From assembly GCA_963827235.1 (NCBI GenBank), contig CAWHAE010000016.1, positions 320,001 to 384,000 of the forward strand: a DNA stretch of 64,000 nucleotides, in the 5' to 3' direction. Below are positions 61,361-64,000 of the stretch, piece by piece. Numbering within the stretch: position 1 is the stretch's first letter; every line of letters begins with the position of its first letter. The DNA comes from an uncultured bacterium. GTDB lineage: Bacteria; Chloroflexota; UBA5177; JANWHV01. The notes beneath the pieces were generated by a model that saw nothing but the letters and a program-made list of their open reading frames with translations, was not told the origin of the DNA and did not search any database. Both the position numbers and the translations under genes were made by a program.

Positions 61361-63719
61361 CAAGCTCAGGCTCAGGCTCCGTCTCGGTCAGGGCAACAAC
61401 GGTCTTGCACTTGGGATAGCCCGTGCAGCCTAGAAACGGCTTGCCGGCGTTGGAGCCCTTCCGCGCCACGCGCACGGCAAGCGGCTTGCCGCAATTTGGG
61501 CATCGGCGCTCCGCGGCCAGCGACTCCAGCGCCGAAGGCATCGCGGGAGCCTCAGCCGCCACACCGTCGATGGCAACGATGCCCTTGCAGGCGGGATACC
61601 TGGCGCAACCCCAAAACTTGTTACCGCGTCCACGGCCCCTAAAGGCCTGCCGGAGCACCATTGGACCGCCGCACTGCGGGCACGGCGGAGCCTCCTTGCC
61701 CTCCGGCACCTCAGGCTTCGGCTTCGGCGGCTTATACTTGCACTCCGGGTAGTTGCTGCAGGACACGAAGGTGCCGAATTGCCCGGCGCGCTTCACCAGA
61801 TCGCCCCCACACTGCGGACACTTCTCGCCGGTCGGCTCGGGCGGTGGACCGGCCACGCGCTTGCGCCCGGCCTCCACCGCCTCGGCGACTGCAGGCAGGA
61901 ACGTGTTCGCGAAGCGGCGCAGCATCTCGCGAGAATTCTGCTGGCGGTCGGCGATCCTGTCCAGATCCTCTTCTACGCGGGCAGTAAATGCAGGGTCCAC
62001 CAGGTCAGGTATCCGCTCGCGCGCCCAGTCCGTAACCGTCAAGGCGAGCGGGGTGGCTTTCAGCGCCCGGCCTTCCCTCACCACGTAGCCGCGCTCGAGG
62101 ATCACGTCGATAGTCGGGGCATAGGTACTGGGTCGTCCTACGCCGCGCTCTTCCAGAGCCTTGACCAGTGAGGCTTCTGTATAACGCGGCGGCGGCTTCG
62201 TCTCGTGCCGCTCCACCGACCCATCCACGGCCGTCACGTGTTCCCCGCTCTCCAGCGCAGGCAGTTCCTGACCACCGTCTTCCTCGTCGTCCTCATCGCG
62301 GATGCCGGCCACGTCGAGCCAGCCGGCAAAGATCACGCGGGAAGACCGGGCCCTGGCGCCGCAGGCGCATCCGGCGGCGAGCAGGTCCGCGGAGCGCCGG
62401 TCGTAGACCGCGTCCACCGCCTGCGAAGCGAGAAACCGCAGGCGAATCAGCCGATAGAGTCGCCGCGAGTCCTCGTCGAGGTCACTGCCGACTGACTCGA
62501 TCGCCGGATCGGTCGGCCGGATGCATTCGTGCGCACCCTGCGCGCCCGCCTTGTTCGCATAACTGCGCGGCTCGGCCGGCACATACTGGCTGCCCCAGCC
62601 TGCCGCCAAGACAGCGCGCGCCGCAGCCACGGCCTCGGCGGCGATGGCCACGCTATCCGTTCTCATATAGGTAATCAGGCCGCGCTCGTAGAGGCTCTGG
62701 GCGGCAGTCATTGTGCGCTTAGGACTGAAGCCAAGGCTCGTGCCGGCCGACTGCTGCAACGTGCTTGTGATAAAAGGCGGATTCGGCCTCCTCCTATTCT
62801 GCGACCGCTCGACTTTGTCCACGGACCACTCGCGGCCCAGGACGTGGTCGAGTGCCCGGCGAGCAGTGGCCTCGTCGGCAAGTACGGGCGGCGCACCCTC
62901 CGCGATGCGCAGATCCTCGCCGTCCAGCAGACGCAAATCAGCAACGAATCGAACGCCGTCGTGCTTCTCGAAGGTAGCCTGCACAGTCCAGTATTCGCGA
63001 ATGTCGAAGGCACTGATCTCGCGCTCCCGGTCGGCTACCAGCGCCATCGCGACGCTCTGGACGCGGCCGGCCGACAGACCACGCCGCACCGTACGCCAGA
63101 GGGCCGGCGAGGCCTTATAGCCTACCATGCGGTCGAGCACGCGACGTGCTTCCTGAGCCTCGACCAGCCCGTCGTCGATGCGTCGCGGATGCGCCAGCGC
63201 TTCCCGAATCGCCTTGGGCGTGATCTCGTGAAACTCAAGCCGGTCGGGATTTATCGCCTCTAACAGCCGTGCAACGTGCCAGCCAATTGCCTCCCCTTCG
63301 CGGTCCGGGTCGGTGGCGATCACGATGCGGCTGGCGTCGCGCGCTGCAGACTTCAGCGCAGCAAGATCCTTCGCCTTGCGCGACGGGACCTCGTAGACCG
63401 GCTGGAAGGAGTCTTCGTCGTAGCCAAGGCCCTTCTCAGGCAGGTCTGCCACGTGACCTTTGCTGGCAATCACCTTATATGGCGACCCGAGTATAGAGCT
63501 TATTGTGCGGGCCTTCGTGGGCGACTCCACGATGACCAGCGTTGTTCCCCCTTCTGAGCTACCTTCCGCGGCCATGCGTGCAGAGCGGGCGCGCGCCGGC
63601 CGGGGAGCGGACCCGGTGCTGCCGGATCCTGCACTTCCAGTCTCGACTGGAGGTCGCTTTTCATCATCAACTGTCGTCGCACGCGAGCTACGCCGCGGCT
63701 CGCTTCTTGTCTTGGCCAA
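61347..63719 (-). CDS. topA: DNA topoisomerase I
   Basis: LVIVESPTKA, ATDPDREGEAI, SAGRVQS, catalytic LITYMRTDS, GRPSTY; three C4 zinc ribbons. Confidence 0.97.
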   Translation of the reverse strand: MAKTRSEPRRSSRATTVDDEKRPPVETGSAGSGSTGSAPRPARARSARMAAEGSSEGGTTLVIVESPTKARTISSILGSPYKVIASKGHVADLPEKGLGYDEDSFQPVYEVPSRKAKDLAALKSAARDASRIVIATDPDREGEAIGWHVARLLEAINPDRLEFHEITPKAIREALAHPRRIDDGLVEAQEARRVLDRMVGYKASPALWRTVRRGLSAGRVQSVAMALVADREREISAFDIREYWTVQATFEKHDGVRFVADLRLLDGEDLRIAEGAPPVLADEATARRALDHVLGREWSVDKVERSQNRRRPNPPFITSTLQQSAGTSLGFSPKRTMTAAQSLYERGLITYMRTDSVAIAAEAVAAARAVLAAGWGSQYVPAEPRSYANKAGAQGAHECIRPTDPAIESVGSDLDEDSRRLYRLIRLRFLASQAVDAVYDRRSADLLAAGCACGARARSSRVIFAGWLDVAGIRDEDDEEDGGQELPALESGEHVTAVDGSVERHETKPPPRYTEASLVKALEERGVGRPSTYAPTIDVILERGYVVREGRALKATPLALTVTDWARERIPDLVDPAFTARVEEDLDRIADRQQNSREMLRRFANTFLPAVAEAVEAGRKRVAGPPPEPTGEKCPQCGGDLVKRAGQFGTFVSCSNYPECKYKPPKPKPEVPEGKEAPPCPQCGGPMVLRQAFRGRGRGNKFWGCARYPACKGIVAIDGVAAEAPAMPSALESLAAERRCPNCGKPLAVRVARKGSNAGKPFLGCTGYPKCKTVVALTETEPEPELATPV

Positions 63720-64000
63720 AGAGTCACCTCATATGCATCGAGTCATGCCTGCCACTCCGCCGCCTTCGCAAGGCCCGGCCAGGACACTTTACCCTACTCG
63801 AGCTCATCCACACAATCACCTGTCGGCGGCGGTTCTGCCGCCACGACTGCTTGGTCCATTGTGCGCAGAGAACGTACACCGCGCAAGGCCTAATGTTCCT
63901 CAAGACTGAAGCAGCATCAGGCAGGATAGTACATCCTGCTCAACAATAGAGGTCCGCTAGCCAAGACGGCAACGTAGTATGCTCTCACTATGGACGACGA

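Overview
GC-rich (roughly 65% by eye) bacterial chromosomal window with no integrase, transposase, prophage or CRISPR array. The gene set (TagA/WecB next to pcrA, AroH-type chorismate mutase, MshEN-GT2 fusion, zinc-ribbon protein, several apparently leaderless genes) suggests a monoderm soil lineage, possibly Chloroflexota; this is inference only. Housekeeping genes are argG, aroH, pcrA, tRNA-Gln, glgP, infC, a caa3-type cytochrome c oxidase operon, gluQ, rnpB and topA. They are mixed with sugar-acid catabolic genes, a NiCoT transporter and a large cell-envelope glycosylation and signalling region (about 11-30 kb). Best leads: (1) a candidate c-di-GMP-controlled surface glycan system, made of a GAF-GGDEF cyclase facing a co-oriented cluster of polyprenol-P glycosyltransferase, small membrane protein, 1344-aa GT2 with about six tandem MshEN/T2SSE_N modules, GtrA flippase and an orphan, downstream of a degenerate LOV-like kinase with two response regulators; (2) a zinc-ribbon-infC operon with a ~100-nt rod-like 5' leader and a GTG-started IF3 lacking rpmI-rplT; (3) an in-frame TGA splitting a SHOCT protein; (4) a planctomycete-type cytochrome c fused to oxidase subunit II; (5) a WYL regulator translationally coupled to gluQ. 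Clustered single-base frameshifts at 42.7-46.9 kb and about 55.4 kb look like assembly errors. All calls come from reading motifs by eye; no database search or folding program was run.
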